A stretch of DNA of 32,000 nucleotides from Nanoarchaeum equitans Kin4-M (GTDB lineage Archaea; Nanobdellota; Nanobdellia; Nanobdellales; Nanoarchaeaceae). Every line of letters starts with the position of its first letter. The stretch's first letter is position 1. A program made the translations under genes and the position numbers. The DNA is taken from the NCBI GenBank assembly GCA_000008085.1, contig AE017199.1, forward strand, positions 1-32,000, in the 5' to 3' direction. The notes beneath the pieces are model-generated. The model made no database searches. It saw nothing but the letters and a program-made list of their open reading frames with translations, and was not told where the DNA came from. Below, one piece after another: positions 16,354 to 26,426 of this stretch.

Positions 16354-17631
16354 ATGACAGGAAAACCTGACAATTCTTTAACAATAGATCTATCAAAACT
16401 TAACGATCCTTATTACTTCAATGTTCTCAAAAGTCTTTTGGGCCATCTTAAGGATGCTAGGAGTGCAAAAGATATCCAAAAACTCATAGAAATCCTAAAA
16501 AACGAATCTGAAAAATCCATAGAAGAGGATATTAGAGCATCTATTTTACCCACATCCGTTTCTAAAAAAGAAGGAAGAAATTTTTACTTACCAAAAGAAG
16601 GGTTGTTAGTAGAGGAAGAAGTAAACGAATTAATAGACGATTTAGCAGGGGTATATCTATCTTCTGGAGGAAATATCTACTTATTAAAAATAAAGAATAG
16701 CCAATTGTTTGAAAATTATAGTAATAAAATAAGGGGAGAAGGTATTTTGGATAATGGAATAGACACCAAACGCTTATTGGGCGAAGTTGGGCTTCCCCGT
16801 GGTGTAAAGATTTCAGGAGATTTTCCAAATATAAATTTATTTCTAATTTTAAATGATTTTATATTGTTTATATTAGGTTCTGAGAAGTTAAAGAAAAGTA
16901 TAAACCTTAAAGTAGAAGAGCTATCTGATGACGTTTTGAAAAATTTCTTACTTCCTTATTTAAAAGATATTTCTTTTACTTCTGGAGTATATACTGTACT
17001 TTCTAGACAAAAGAAAAGGAAGTATTACATTACGAATCTTACCGACTTTATACTAAAATTTTACAAAAACGAGATAGAGAATCCATCAAGCTCGATAATA
17101 GGGAAGTTTACATTCTCTTTTTATATAACAGATAAAGATTTCAAAGATAAAGCCCTAGGATTACTAGACAAATTTTTGTATTATCTTATTTTCAAACATT
17201 CCATTAATTGGAAAATCCTTTGTGATATGTTAAATATTTTCTATGACTATAACTATAAGAAATATTTAAAAAATAACAAGCAACCTATACATATGAGATC
17301 CGCAAAGGAATTCTTTGCAATGATGAATTTAGAGAAAATCTATGATTGGGCTTATGCGACAGGAAAAACGATTCTAGAAGTGGATAAAGAAAATGGTAAG
17401 GATTATGTTAACGAGATCATAAAGGAAATCAAGAAGGAGGAGTTACCAGGGAAGTTTAAAGAAGAACTATCCAAAGTTTTACATAAGGTAAGTGAAAAAA
17501 TAAGAAAAGACACAAGAAATGATCAATTCAATCTACACATACATCCAGACATAGCTAAAAAAGATTTACAAGGAGACGAGTTTTATAAGGTAAAGGCCGC
17601 AGTTCTAGCTGGTTTAATGAACTCCCTATGA
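16354..17631 (+). CDS. cas8: Cas8-like large subunit of type I-B-like Cascade (divergent)
   Basis: 425 aa, first gene of the operon ahead of cas7-cas5-cas3 (4-nt overlap with cas7); position and C-terminal helical region (AVLAGLMNSL) fit Cas8b/Cst1-type. Assigned mostly by context. Confidence 0.65.
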   Translation: MTGKPDNSLTIDLSKLNDPYYFNVLKSLLGHLKDARSAKDIQKLIEILKNESEKSIEEDIRASILPTSVSKKEGRNFYLPKEGLLVEEEVNELIDDLAGVYLSSGGNIYLLKIKNSQLFENYSNKIRGEGILDNGIDTKRLLGEVGLPRGVKISGDFPNINLFLILNDFILFILGSEKLKKSINLKVEELSDDVLKNFLLPYLKDISFTSGVYTVLSRQKKRKYYITNLTDFILKFYKNEIENPSSSIIGKFTFSFYITDKDFKDKALGLLDKFLYYLIFKHSINWKILCDMLNIFYDYNYKKYLKNNKQPIHMRSAKEFFAMMNLEKIYDWAYATGKTILEVDKENGKDYVNEIIKEIKKEELPGKFKEELSKVLHKVSEKIRKDTRNDQFNLHIHPDIAKKDLQGDEFYKVKAAVLAGLMNSL

Positions 17632-18596
17632 TGAAGACCGTTCAAATTTCTATATTAGCTAGAGTATATGGAAATGTAAATGCAGACGAAACAATAGGAA
17701 ACAGAGTTACAATAAAGAAATTCTATAGCTCTGAAGGAGAAGTTTTACCATTCGTTTCAGCAAGGGCAATAAAATACTCTATAAGACAGGCATTAAAAGA
17801 AAGAGGATTCGAGATAGACCCATTCGTAGCTGAAAAGAAGGAGATGAGGGATTCTGGTAATCCAATAAAGTATGTAGATAATGATTTGTTCGGTTTTATG
17901 GCACCCTACAAAGGAAAAAAGAAAGGAGAAGGGGGTTCTGTAAATAGACAAGCGCCAATTGCTATATCATATTTTAAAGCTCTAAAAAATACTCCAATAA
18001 ATGTAGAGTTTGGTGCGAGATTTCCAAGGGAAAATACTATAAAAATAGATAAGGAAAAAACAGAAGAATCGAATCAAGAATCAGATCAAACCTTGAACCC
18101 AATACCTTTTGAAGTAGAAGTTGCAGATTTTATTGGAAGATTAAATGTGTTAATCTATGAGAATGTTGGTAAGTTTACAGAAGAAGAGCTAACTAATGTA
18201 CAAGATAAAAATATATTACAAAATATACTACAGAAGGAAGGCAAACTTTATGTTTTACCAGAAGAAGAAAGGAAAAAAAGGCTAAAAGCTTTCTTAGAAA
18301 TACTATTAATACCAAGTTATGTTTTACCGAGGAGAACCAATTCGCTAAACATTCCAGAGTACAAAGTCGCTTTAATAGTATTAAACAAGGAGGGAGTTCT
18401 ACCCATATACCAATATCTGGATTATGTAAAAGAGGGAGTGGTTAATTTAGAGAAATTGAAAAGATTAAAAGAAATAGTTGAAGAAGCGGGGAGCGAAGCT
18501 TATATAATTGACTATGACGGCTGGGTTGAAGAAGAGATATTCCCAAAAATTACTGTTAAGCAAGCTGTAGAAAAAATATTAAACCATCTATTATGA
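17628..18596 (+). CDS. cas7: CRISPR-associated Cas7, DevR/Cst2/Csh2-type
   Basis: 322 aa with SILARVYGNVNADETIGNRVTIKKFYSSEGEVLPFVSARAIKYSIRQAL and YVDNDLFGFM, type I-B Cas7 signatures. Confidence 0.88.
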   Translation: MMKTVQISILARVYGNVNADETIGNRVTIKKFYSSEGEVLPFVSARAIKYSIRQALKERGFEIDPFVAEKKEMRDSGNPIKYVDNDLFGFMAPYKGKKKGEGGSVNRQAPIAISYFKALKNTPINVEFGARFPRENTIKIDKEKTEESNQESDQTLNPIPFEVEVADFIGRLNVLIYENVGKFTEEELTNVQDKNILQNILQKEGKLYVLPEEERKKRLKAFLEILLIPSYVLPRRTNSLNIPEYKVALIVLNKEGVLPIYQYLDYVKEGVVNLEKLKRLKEIVEEAGSEAYIIDYDGWVEEEIFPKITVKQAVEKILNHLL

Positions 18597-19297
18597 AAGC
18601 CTTAGCTTTTAGGATTTCTTTTTTTGAACACCTCTTCAAAAATCATTATACTAAAGCGTTCAAGTTATCTTATCCAACCTTGTTGCCTACAGAAGCTCTA
18701 GGATTGATAGGCAACATCTGCGGTTATGATAGAAAAAATGTTTATAAAGAACTAAAAGATCTCTATTTTGGTTCCACTTTTTTAGATGGATACTATATTG
18801 AAGAAAATATAACTTTTATCCAATTCAAAAAAGAGACCGGTGGTAAATACAGATCTGGTATAGTTAAATCCCAGGTATATCACAATTCGGAACATTTGGT
18901 AATAATTGCTGGGGATGAGAAAAAACTGAATGAAAAAATACTGAACAAGATTAAAACTCTAAACTCTGATCCTATAGAGAACAATTTAGGTAAATGGTTA
19001 CTAGTTAAACCAATAAGATATCCTTATGGAGGGTGGAATGATTTTTTTGCAAAAGATATAAGGATTTTGGATAAATTTTTAGAAGTAGAGGAAAAAGAGA
19101 ATGTTAGGGGATATGTTCCTTTGGATTGGGTTAAAAGCATAAATGAAAACTCAGAAATAGAAACAATGCCCGTAAAATACAAAAACAAGATGGAATATTT
19201 CGTTTTTATAAAAAGAGGGTATGCGTTGTTGAAGGAAAAGGTAAAAACCGTCTTAGATATACCTATATACTCTTTAGAAGACTTCAATTATTTATGA
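18593..19297 (+). CDS. cas5: CRISPR-associated Cas5, type I-B-like
   Basis: 234 aa with MKALAFRISFFEHLFKNHYTKAFKLSYPTLLPTEALGLIGNICG, the Cas5 N-terminal pattern; between cas7 and cas3. Confidence 0.88.
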   Translation: MKALAFRISFFEHLFKNHYTKAFKLSYPTLLPTEALGLIGNICGYDRKNVYKELKDLYFGSTFLDGYYIEENITFIQFKKETGGKYRSGIVKSQVYHNSEHLVIIAGDEKKLNEKILNKIKTLNSDPIENNLGKWLLVKPIRYPYGGWNDFFAKDIRILDKFLEVEEKENVRGYVPLDWVKSINENSEIETMPVKYKNKMEYFVFIKRGYALLKEKVKTVLDIPIYSLEDFNYL

Positions 19298-21561
19298 AGT
19301 GCAAATCACATCCCAATAAATTATTAGACCAACACATAAAAGAGATTAAAAATATATTTAATAATTTGGTTAATTTCTATGATATTGAATTAAACGAAAC
19401 AGAGAAGAAGCTGTTTGATTATTTAATAGAGTTACATGACATAGGGAAGTGCAGAAAAGAATTCCAAGAATATATAAAAAAACTGGAAAAAGGCGAGAAA
19501 CCAAAATCTCCCGGTAGCCATTCTTTATGGTCTTTGGAGGAACTGGAAAGGATTTTATCTAAAATCGATTTAGATAAGGAATATTTACCCTTATTATTTT
19601 ATTTTATTGCGAAACATCACTCTAATTTATCTTTAAGTAATACTGATGAAAAATTAAAAAGGCAAATAGCTAAACTTATTCTTAAATTAAATAACTTGCT
19701 AAATAACCAGCCCGAAATAGATTTATTGCTAAATCAAGGATTTTTTGAAATCTATTATAAGGGTTTACTTAAAAAGTTCGAAAAAGAAGAATTAATAAAA
19801 TTGGCGGATCTATTTGGAGTATTCAAAATTTCAGATATCTTATCAGCTAAAAATATTTTAGATAAAGTTAATGAAATAGTTTATAAAGAGGAAATTACAG
19901 AAAGAAAAGTTGAGCAATTAATAGGGAGAAGTATTGATGAAGAAAGATGGGGTTTCCAAAAGTGTTTGTCAAAATTTGATTATTTGTCCCTAAGAGCGCC
20001 AACAGGATGGGGTAAAACAACTACTGCTTTATTATTTGCCTTAAATAAAGATTATAACAAAATATTTATTACTCTTCCAACAATAACAGCAATAGAAGAT
20101 TTTCGTCAAAAACTAAAAAATGCTGGTTTTAAAGCAGAGGAATATTTCTATTTCTACGATGCTAGAGCAATTTTAGACGAAGAGGATGAGAGATTAAATA
20201 GTTTATATTTTGTCCAAAATCTCTATTCTCCTATAAATATTACTACGATAGATCAAATATTGTTATCATTTCTGCAAGCTGGCAAATATTTTATGAAAAG
20301 GTTAAATCTAAGAAAATCGATATTGATTATAGATGAAATCCATCTATTAACACCACAAATGTTGTTCTTGCTTAAAAAACTGCTAGAACATTTGGTTCCA
20401 CTCTACAAAATTAGGTTATTATTAATGTCTGCAACCTTACCAAAAGGAATTATTGATTACCTATCAGAAAACATTAATATCAAATTTGAATTCGTAGATA
20501 TATACGAATTGGAACCAAAATATAGAAATAGGGAAAGAGTGGAAATAGAATTAATAAAAAAGGACATCTCGGAAAACATAGAGAGGATAGTTGAAGAAAA
20601 TAAAAAGGGAAAGAGCGTTTTAGTTATAGCAAATACTGTGGAAAAAGCAGTATGTATTTATAAAAGACTAAAAGAAGAGTACAATATAAACAATATTTCT
20701 TTATTACATGGAAGATTTATGTTTAAACATAGAAAAGAGAGAGAAAGGGAAATAAGGGATTTGTTGGAAAATAAAGGAATTTTGGTTTCTACCCAAGTTA
20801 CAGAAGTTTCTTTAGATGTGGATTTTGATGTTTTGTTTACGGAGGCTGCACCAATATCGGCAATAGTTCAAAGGTTAGGTAGAGTTAATAGATATGGAAA
20901 AAAATCAAAATCCAAAGTGTATATCTATTATCCTAAGGAGATAGATAAAATTGAAGAGGACAGAAGAAAAAAGTATCCATACAATATTGAAGAGATAAAG
21001 AAAAGTTGGAAATTTTTAGAAGAACTAGATAATTTTAAAGAAGGGATTTTCATAAAAAAGATTGATGAGGTATTTACTAAAGAATTTTATGAAGGGTTAA
21101 TTAAAGGGGAAGAAATCTTTTTTAAATTTAGAGAAGTTTTTGAAGATAGAAAATCCCAAAATAATATACATTGGTTTTTGCAAAGTACATCTGAAGAGGT
21201 AGGAAAAAAATTATTAGACTTTAGGGATAATGTTACCACATTAATAATTCCCTATGGCGATTTGGTTGAAGCCGAGATTTATGATGAGATAACCAAAATT
21301 CTAGAGGAATACAAAAAATTGAAGGAAAAGCCCTACTCATATGACGAATGGAAAAAGTTTTTTGCGAAAGCCAAAGCCCATGCAGTATCAGTACCATTAT
21401 ATCTAGTTTTAGGGTTAGATCCAGACAAAGTTGGTTTGCCTGTAATTAATAAACTTAAGGAGGATTATGAATTTAAATATTTTAAAGAATGTGGGTTTGT
21501 GAATTTGAAAAAACTGAAAGAAATGGGGTGTGAATTTGATAGTGATTATACTTATCAATAA
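19294..21561 (+). CDS. cas3: Cas3 nuclease-helicase (HD + SF2 helicase)
   Basis: 755 aa; HD domain (ELHDIGKCRKEF, SHSLWS, IAKHHSNLS), then LRAPTGWGKTTTALL, DEIHLL, MSATLP and QRLGRVNRYG. Confidence 0.96.
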   Translation: MKCKSHPNKLLDQHIKEIKNIFNNLVNFYDIELNETEKKLFDYLIELHDIGKCRKEFQEYIKKLEKGEKPKSPGSHSLWSLEELERILSKIDLDKEYLPLLFYFIAKHHSNLSLSNTDEKLKRQIAKLILKLNNLLNNQPEIDLLLNQGFFEIYYKGLLKKFEKEELIKLADLFGVFKISDILSAKNILDKVNEIVYKEEITERKVEQLIGRSIDEERWGFQKCLSKFDYLSLRAPTGWGKTTTALLFALNKDYNKIFITLPTITAIEDFRQKLKNAGFKAEEYFYFYDARAILDEEDERLNSLYFVQNLYSPINITTIDQILLSFLQAGKYFMKRLNLRKSILIIDEIHLLTPQMLFLLKKLLEHLVPLYKIRLLLMSATLPKGIIDYLSENINIKFEFVDIYELEPKYRNRERVEIELIKKDISENIERIVEENKKGKSVLVIANTVEKAVCIYKRLKEEYNINNISLLHGRFMFKHRKEREREIRDLLENKGILVSTQVTEVSLDVDFDVLFTEAAPISAIVQRLGRVNRYGKKSKSKVYIYYPKEIDKIEEDRRKKYPYNIEEIKKSWKFLEELDNFKEGIFIKKIDEVFTKEFYEGLIKGEEIFFKFREVFEDRKSQNNIHWFLQSTSEEVGKKLLDFRDNVTTLIIPYGDLVEAEIYDEITKILEEYKKLKEKPYSYDEWKKFFAKAKAHAVSVPLYLVLGLDPDKVGLPVINKLKEDYEFKYFKECGFVNLKKLKEMGCEFDSDYTYQ

Positions 21562-22061
21562 CCTTCCCAGCACAAAGGGTAATAAGCGCAAGCCTTACAA
21601 TAATCTTTAAAAACTTCTCTAGGGGGCTTATCCATCGAAATTATTCTTTTTATTTCATTTAAAATCTCTTTTATTTTTCTCTCGTCCTTTTCAGTTAATT
21701 CAATGTATTCCTCTTTATTATATTCGGGAATAACTAGTTTGCCTTTAACATTTAATCCTAGTCTTTTCAAATACCATAAATAATATTTTAACTGCCATAA
21801 AGCTGCTTCTTTAAACTTGTCAGATTTTTTTATTTCAAAAACCAAAACAAAATCTTTGTACCTTTTTATAACATCGGGCGATATTTCGTTTATTATAACT
21901 TTTCTCTCATATTTATGTTTTTCTTTATAAAATAACTCTATGTATTTGCCTATTTGAACCAAATCTGATTCATGTTCCATTGTAATTTTATTAGCATAAA
22001 ACCAGAGCTTTCTTTTGCATACAAAATAGTAATATATATAGGCACCACCAATTAAAGCCAT
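21555..22061 (-). CDS. cas4: CRISPR-associated exonuclease Cas4
   Basis: 168 aa with CKRKLWFYAN, VFEIKKSDKFKEAALWQLKYYLWYL, and C-terminal CKACAYYPLCW. Convergent with cas3, 7-nt overlap. Confidence 0.92.
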   Translation of the reverse strand: MALIGGAYIYYYFVCKRKLWFYANKITMEHESDLVQIGKYIELFYKEKHKYERKVIINEISPDVIKRYKDFVLVFEIKKSDKFKEAALWQLKYYLWYLKRLGLNVKGKLVIPEYNKEEYIELTEKDERKIKEILNEIKRIISMDKPPREVFKDYCKACAYYPLCWEGY

Positions 22062-22092
22062 TATTTTATAAAGTTCGATGAATTAATAATTT

Positions 22093-23197
22093 ATGCAAAT
22101 TCTAGACAATGGTATTCCAATATATTATTTCCCTTCGAATGCTGAAACTATTGCCATAGGAATTGGCATTAAAATTGGAAGTATATACGAAGAGAAAGAT
22201 AAAAGAGGTATATCACATTTTGTTGAGCATATGACCTTCAAAAGCAATACTAAATATAATAAAAACCAAATATTAGATATACTTAAAACTTACTCTTTTT
22301 ACAATGGTTATACCAGTCTCGCCCATACTATTTATGTGTTTGATCACTAATACTAAATTTGATGAAAAAGAATTCGAAATAGAACGCGAAATAGTATTAA
22401 ACGAGATAAAGAGATATGATTCTAGGCCTGCAGGAATTTTATGTAGGAACATCCCTAAATCTTTGTTTGGGGAATCTGACTATGGAGACCCCATCGGGGG
22501 ATACGAAGAAACTATAAAAAATATAGAAAAAAGTGACTTAGAAGAATTCAAACAAAAATACTATGTTTCAAATAATATGTTTGTTGTAGTTAATGGGAAT
22601 ATAAAAGAGAAGCATAAACAAATAATAGAAAAATATTTTTCTAAAATAGAAGAAGGAAACCCAAAAAAGAAAAAACCTACTATAGGGAAGGGCAAAGATA
22701 TAGAAATAAAATTTCCAACTAAGCTAGTTCATTGTTCTTTAAATTTCGAAGCGCCTTTGGATTTAAGATATAAATTATTAACTTCTATAGTTGGCTATAG
22801 AGGATTGATGAACGCCATTTTTAGAGAGAAATACGGAATATGCTATAGTTGCAGTTTCTACATTTATAACACTTATCCGGATAGACTCGCTATTAGTTTA
22901 GAATTACCAGGAATAGAAAAGCAAAAGCTTGATTTGGTAGAAATAGCTAAAGAGGAATTCTTTGAAAAGCTAAAACAACTAGATGAACAAGAATATAAAA
23001 AAGCAATGGAAAAGTTCAAATTGGACTTTATGACAAGTAAATACAACCTATATTTAAAAACAAAAAAAGATCTAATATATATTAACTATTTTGGAAAACC
23101 TTGGGAATCCATATACAAAGAGTTGCTTAATATAAACTATGAAGAGTTAAAAGAGCTAACTTTCAAAAATGGCAAAAAAGTTATTGTAAGCGATTAA
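22093..23197 (+). pseudogene. M16-like (insulinase family) zinc peptidase split into two ORFs
   Basis: ORF 22093..22350 holds GISHFVEHMTFKS (HxxEH) and ends at AHTIYVFDH*. ORF 22304..23197, in another frame, continues with TKFDEKEFEIEREIVLNEIKRYDSRPAG... The junction lacks the expected intervening helix. Confidence 0.75.
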
Positions 23198-23218
23198 ATA
23201 TAACATTATTATAACATT

Positions 23219-24316
23219 ATGCCCAGGGCCATAATTTTAGGAGGAGGTGTAGCAGGTTTGCAAGCAGCCCATTTATTAAAAGATAAAGCAGAGGTATATG
23301 TAATAACAGAGAATGACTATTACATTAGCGGGCCTTCGAGACCATTAATTTTAAGCAACGAACAACAATTAGATAGAATAGTTAGAGGTTACAACCATTT
23401 ACCTAAAGAAATAAAAGTTTTGTTTGGCAAAGCTAAAATAGATTTAGAAAACAACAAAGTTTTAGTGAATAATAAAGAATTAGAATATGATTATCTAATC
23501 ATTGCTACCGGTATAAAATATGATTATAATGCAATAGATATTAAGGATAAAATCTATAATGTATACGACATAGGAAAACTTTTCGATTTAAAACATTTGA
23601 TTTGGACTATAAACAAAGGGTCTATATTGGTTTATGCGCCAAAACAACCTTATAGATGTGCCCCTGCCCCCGGGGAAACAATTATGACTATAGACATGGT
23701 ATTAAGGCATAGAAAAGTTAGAGATAATATAAAATTAATATTTGTCGATGCTAACGAAAAGGTACAACCTCCAGTAATACACGATGTATGGATAAAAAGA
23801 TTTGAAGAAGCAGGGATAGAATATTATTTAGGCAAAGAAATTGTAGAAGTAAACGAAAAGGGCGTAAAACTAAATGATGGCACATTTATAGAAGCAGATT
23901 ACAAAGTTATTTTGCCCCCAAACAAAGCTAACAACCCTATAGGAGAAGGCTTTATAGAAGTAAGAAGTCCAAAAGATTTAAGGTTAAAAGATTACGATAA
24001 TGTTTATGCTGTAGGAGATGTTGCTAAATTGCCCTTCCCTAAGAATGCAGAAATAGCTTTGCAAAGCGCAATAAATGCAGCAAACCAAATAATTGCAGAA
24101 ATAGAAGGAACAGAATATAAACCACAAGACTATAGATTTGGAGGATGGGCTTACATGGGTAATTTAAAAGAACTAAAAACTGAAAGTACATTCTTTAGCT
24201 TAGATTTTAGCGAAGGTAAACCCAAAGGAAACAAAGACCCAGAGCCAAAAGTAGAATATACAAAAATTAAAGACCAATGGGAGCAAAGCTTATTGAAAAA
24301 GCTATTCGGTTACTAA
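23219..24316 (+). CDS. FAD-dependent pyridine nucleotide-disulfide oxidoreductase, sulfide:quinone reductase/NDH-2-like
   Basis: 365 aa with IILGGGVAGLQAAHLL, YDYLIIATG, PYRCAPAPGE and NVYAVGDVAKLPFPKNAEIA. Confidence 0.8.
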   Translation: MPRAIILGGGVAGLQAAHLLKDKAEVYVITENDYYISGPSRPLILSNEQQLDRIVRGYNHLPKEIKVLFGKAKIDLENNKVLVNNKELEYDYLIIATGIKYDYNAIDIKDKIYNVYDIGKLFDLKHLIWTINKGSILVYAPKQPYRCAPAPGETIMTIDMVLRHRKVRDNIKLIFVDANEKVQPPVIHDVWIKRFEEAGIEYYLGKEIVEVNEKGVKLNDGTFIEADYKVILPPNKANNPIGEGFIEVRSPKDLRLKDYDNVYAVGDVAKLPFPKNAEIALQSAINAANQIIAEIEGTEYKPQDYRFGGWAYMGNLKELKTESTFFSLDFSEGKPKGNKDPEPKVEYTKIKDQWEQSLLKKLFGY

Positions 24317-24344
24317 TTTTTTAATTGTTTTTAATTTTAGTTTT

Positions 24345-25118
24345 GTGAAAGATCTAAGTGTTATTATTTTATCGGGAGGCTTTGCAACAAGGTTAAAACC
24401 CCTATCAGAATACATACCAAAGCCCTTATTGCCTATCGGCGGTGTACCAATAATAAATTATATTTTACAAAGGGTTATAGAACTAAACCCAGAACGAATA
24501 ATAATATCTGTAAACAAAAAATTCGAAAACCATTTTAGATATTGGTTGAAAACTTTAGAAAACGATAAAATCGAGCTAATCGTAACTCCTATAAAAGATG
24601 TTAAAGAGCTTAAAGGAGCAATATGGGATTTAAATTACTCTATTAAAGAGGCTTGGATTAACGAAAACTTATTAGTTGTTGCTGGAGACAATTTGTTTGA
24701 TTTTAATTTAAGAAAATTAATTAGAATAATGAGAGAAAACAAATCATTTGCTTTGGCTTTGTATGATGTTAAAAATTTAGAACTAGCTAAAAGATATGGA
24801 GTTGTAAAGCTAAAAAGCAATAAAATTATCGATTTTAAAGAAAAACCTGAAAAACCCGAAAGCACTCTAGTTTCAACAGCAATTTATGCTATCCCTAAAG
24901 AAAAACTAAGTCTAATAGATGAATATATAGAAAACCCAAATAATGAAAAAGACAAACTAGGAAAACTAATAGAATGGCTACTTTACACAAAAAATGAACC
25001 GGTCTATGGTATTATTTATGAAGGAAACTGGTTTGACATCGGTAGTTTAGACGAATACATTAGAGCTAATAAATTTGTTGAAAAAACAGGTTGGAATAAC
25101 AGATTTCTGTGGCCTTAG
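24345..25118 (+). CDS. Sugar-phosphate nucleotidyltransferase
   Basis: 257 aa with VIILSGGFATRLKPLSEYIPKPLLPIGGVPIINYIL, VVAGDNLF, EKPEKPESTLVSTAIYAIP, NWFDIGSLDEY. Confidence 0.9.
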   Translation: MKDLSVIILSGGFATRLKPLSEYIPKPLLPIGGVPIINYILQRVIELNPERIIISVNKKFENHFRYWLKTLENDKIELIVTPIKDVKELKGAIWDLNYSIKEAWINENLLVVAGDNLFDFNLRKLIRIMRENKSFALALYDVKNLELAKRYGVVKLKSNKIIDFKEKPEKPESTLVSTAIYAIPKEKLSLIDEYIENPNNEKDKLGKLIEWLLYTKNEPVYGIIYEGNWFDIGSLDEYIRANKFVEKTGWNNRFLWP

Positions 25119-25198
25119 AAATAAAATATGGCTGTAAAAGATATTGTCTAACTTTTAGTAGTAATACAGAGCTTTATTAGATCGTTACTATTAATATT

Positions 25199-25507
25199 AT
25201 GAAGACGATAGAAATAGAAATCGTTAGACCTGTAAACCCAGTGGGTATTAGCTTTGTAAGATATCTATGGGGAGCTATGGCAGCTAGAGACAGAGAAGTA
25301 TTAGAGAGGCATAGAAAAGAATTCTCTAAACTAGTACAAAGGCTAGGCTATACAATAGAAGAAAAAATTGGTACTGGCAAACTAATAACAGGCAAAGTAG
25401 TAATAGAATTGGATGAAGATGACAAACCATTAAAAGCTAGAGTAGAAGAGCTAAAAATTTGGGAGCCAGTAAAAGAAATAAATGAAAAAATCGAAGTTGA
25501 ATTATAG
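25199..25507 (+). CDS. Small protein of unknown function
   Basis: 102 aa ORF (MKTIEIEIVRPVNPVGISFVRYLWGAMAARDREV...); coding-like composition; overlaps the next gene by 26 nt. Confidence 0.6.
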   Translation: MKTIEIEIVRPVNPVGISFVRYLWGAMAARDREVLERHRKEFSKLVQRLGYTIEEKIGTGKLITGKVVIELDEDDKPLKARVEELKIWEPVKEINEKIEVEL

Positions 25508-26426
25508 CGAGTTAAATTCTATCTATAAAGATTTAGTATTTTTTGATTCTAATTATATTCGTAAAACCCTACATAGAGCTGATTATATCGAACAATTTTT
25601 AGATAAATACAAAATAGATTATCATATTTACGAACATTTTGTTTTAGTTCCAGATTGGGTAAAATACTATTTATACATCGATGGACAAAAAATAGATGTA
25701 TTGCCCACCGGTTTAAAATCTGGTAAAATAGAGAAAAACATAAAGGATTCGTCTGATTTGGAGAATAACTATAATTATCCTAACATAAATTTTAACTCTT
25801 ACTTAGAATCTAAAACAGATATTTCAACTCCAATATTTTATAATGTTCCTTCTTTAGCAGTATCGAAAAATAGTATAAATCTTTTATTAAACTCTAATGA
25901 CGTTGATGGCTATCTAAAAGTAAAAATAAGAGATATAAAAAACAAAAACTTTGTTATTGGTAATGTTGATAAAGCCGAACAAGCAATAGTTGTGCATTAT
26001 GACGCTTTGTGGTATGGGGCAATAGATAATACCTCTTCGCTTGGATTAATATTATATATGCTAAAAAACAAAGAAATTAATTTGAATAAGAATGCAATAT
26101 TTTTGATAGGTTTTACAGAAATAGCATATTATTGGCCCGAATACTGGGACTATTCCTTTATTAGAGTTATAGAAAAATACGAGGATGTTTTTAAGAAAGT
26201 AAAAAGAAAACTCATAATAGATTGTATTGGATATAAGGATACACAATTTTTAACGGACAAAGAATATATCGAAGCTTATGGTGTGTTTGGTGATAATATA
26301 TTAATTTATGGTACTCCCTTAGAGGGTTTAATAGCAATATACCATGCTACAAATGATACAATAGACAAAATAAATTTTGACCAATTGAAAAAAGATAGAG
26401 ACTCACTCAAAACCTTTCTTTCTTAG
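25482..26426 (+). CDS. M28-like zinc aminopeptidase family protein (tentative)
   Basis: 314 aa with VHYDALWYGAIDNTSSLGLILYML, FLIGFTEIAYY, IIDCIGY, IYHATNDTIDKI, in the order of M28 metal-ligand blocks. Confidence 0.6.
   Translation: MKKSKLNYSELNSIYKDLVFFDSNYIRKTLHRADYIEQFLDKYKIDYHIYEHFVLVPDWVKYYLYIDGQKIDVLPTGLKSGKIEKNIKDSSDLENNYNYPNINFNSYLESKTDISTPIFYNVPSLAVSKNSINLLLNSNDVDGYLKVKIRDIKNKNFVIGNVDKAEQAIVVHYDALWYGAIDNTSSLGLILYMLKNKEINLNKNAIFLIGFTEIAYYWPEYWDYSFIRVIEKYEDVFKKVKRKLIIDCIGYKDTQFLTDKEYIEAYGVFGDNILIYGTPLEGLIAIYHATNDTIDKINFDQLKKDRDSLKTFLS

Noticed and set aside
22338-22350. Programmed ribosomal frameshift to explain the M16 split
   Set aside because: No slippery heptamer or downstream structure is evident, and residues of the fold appear to be missing at the junction, so frameshifting alone would not give a full domain.
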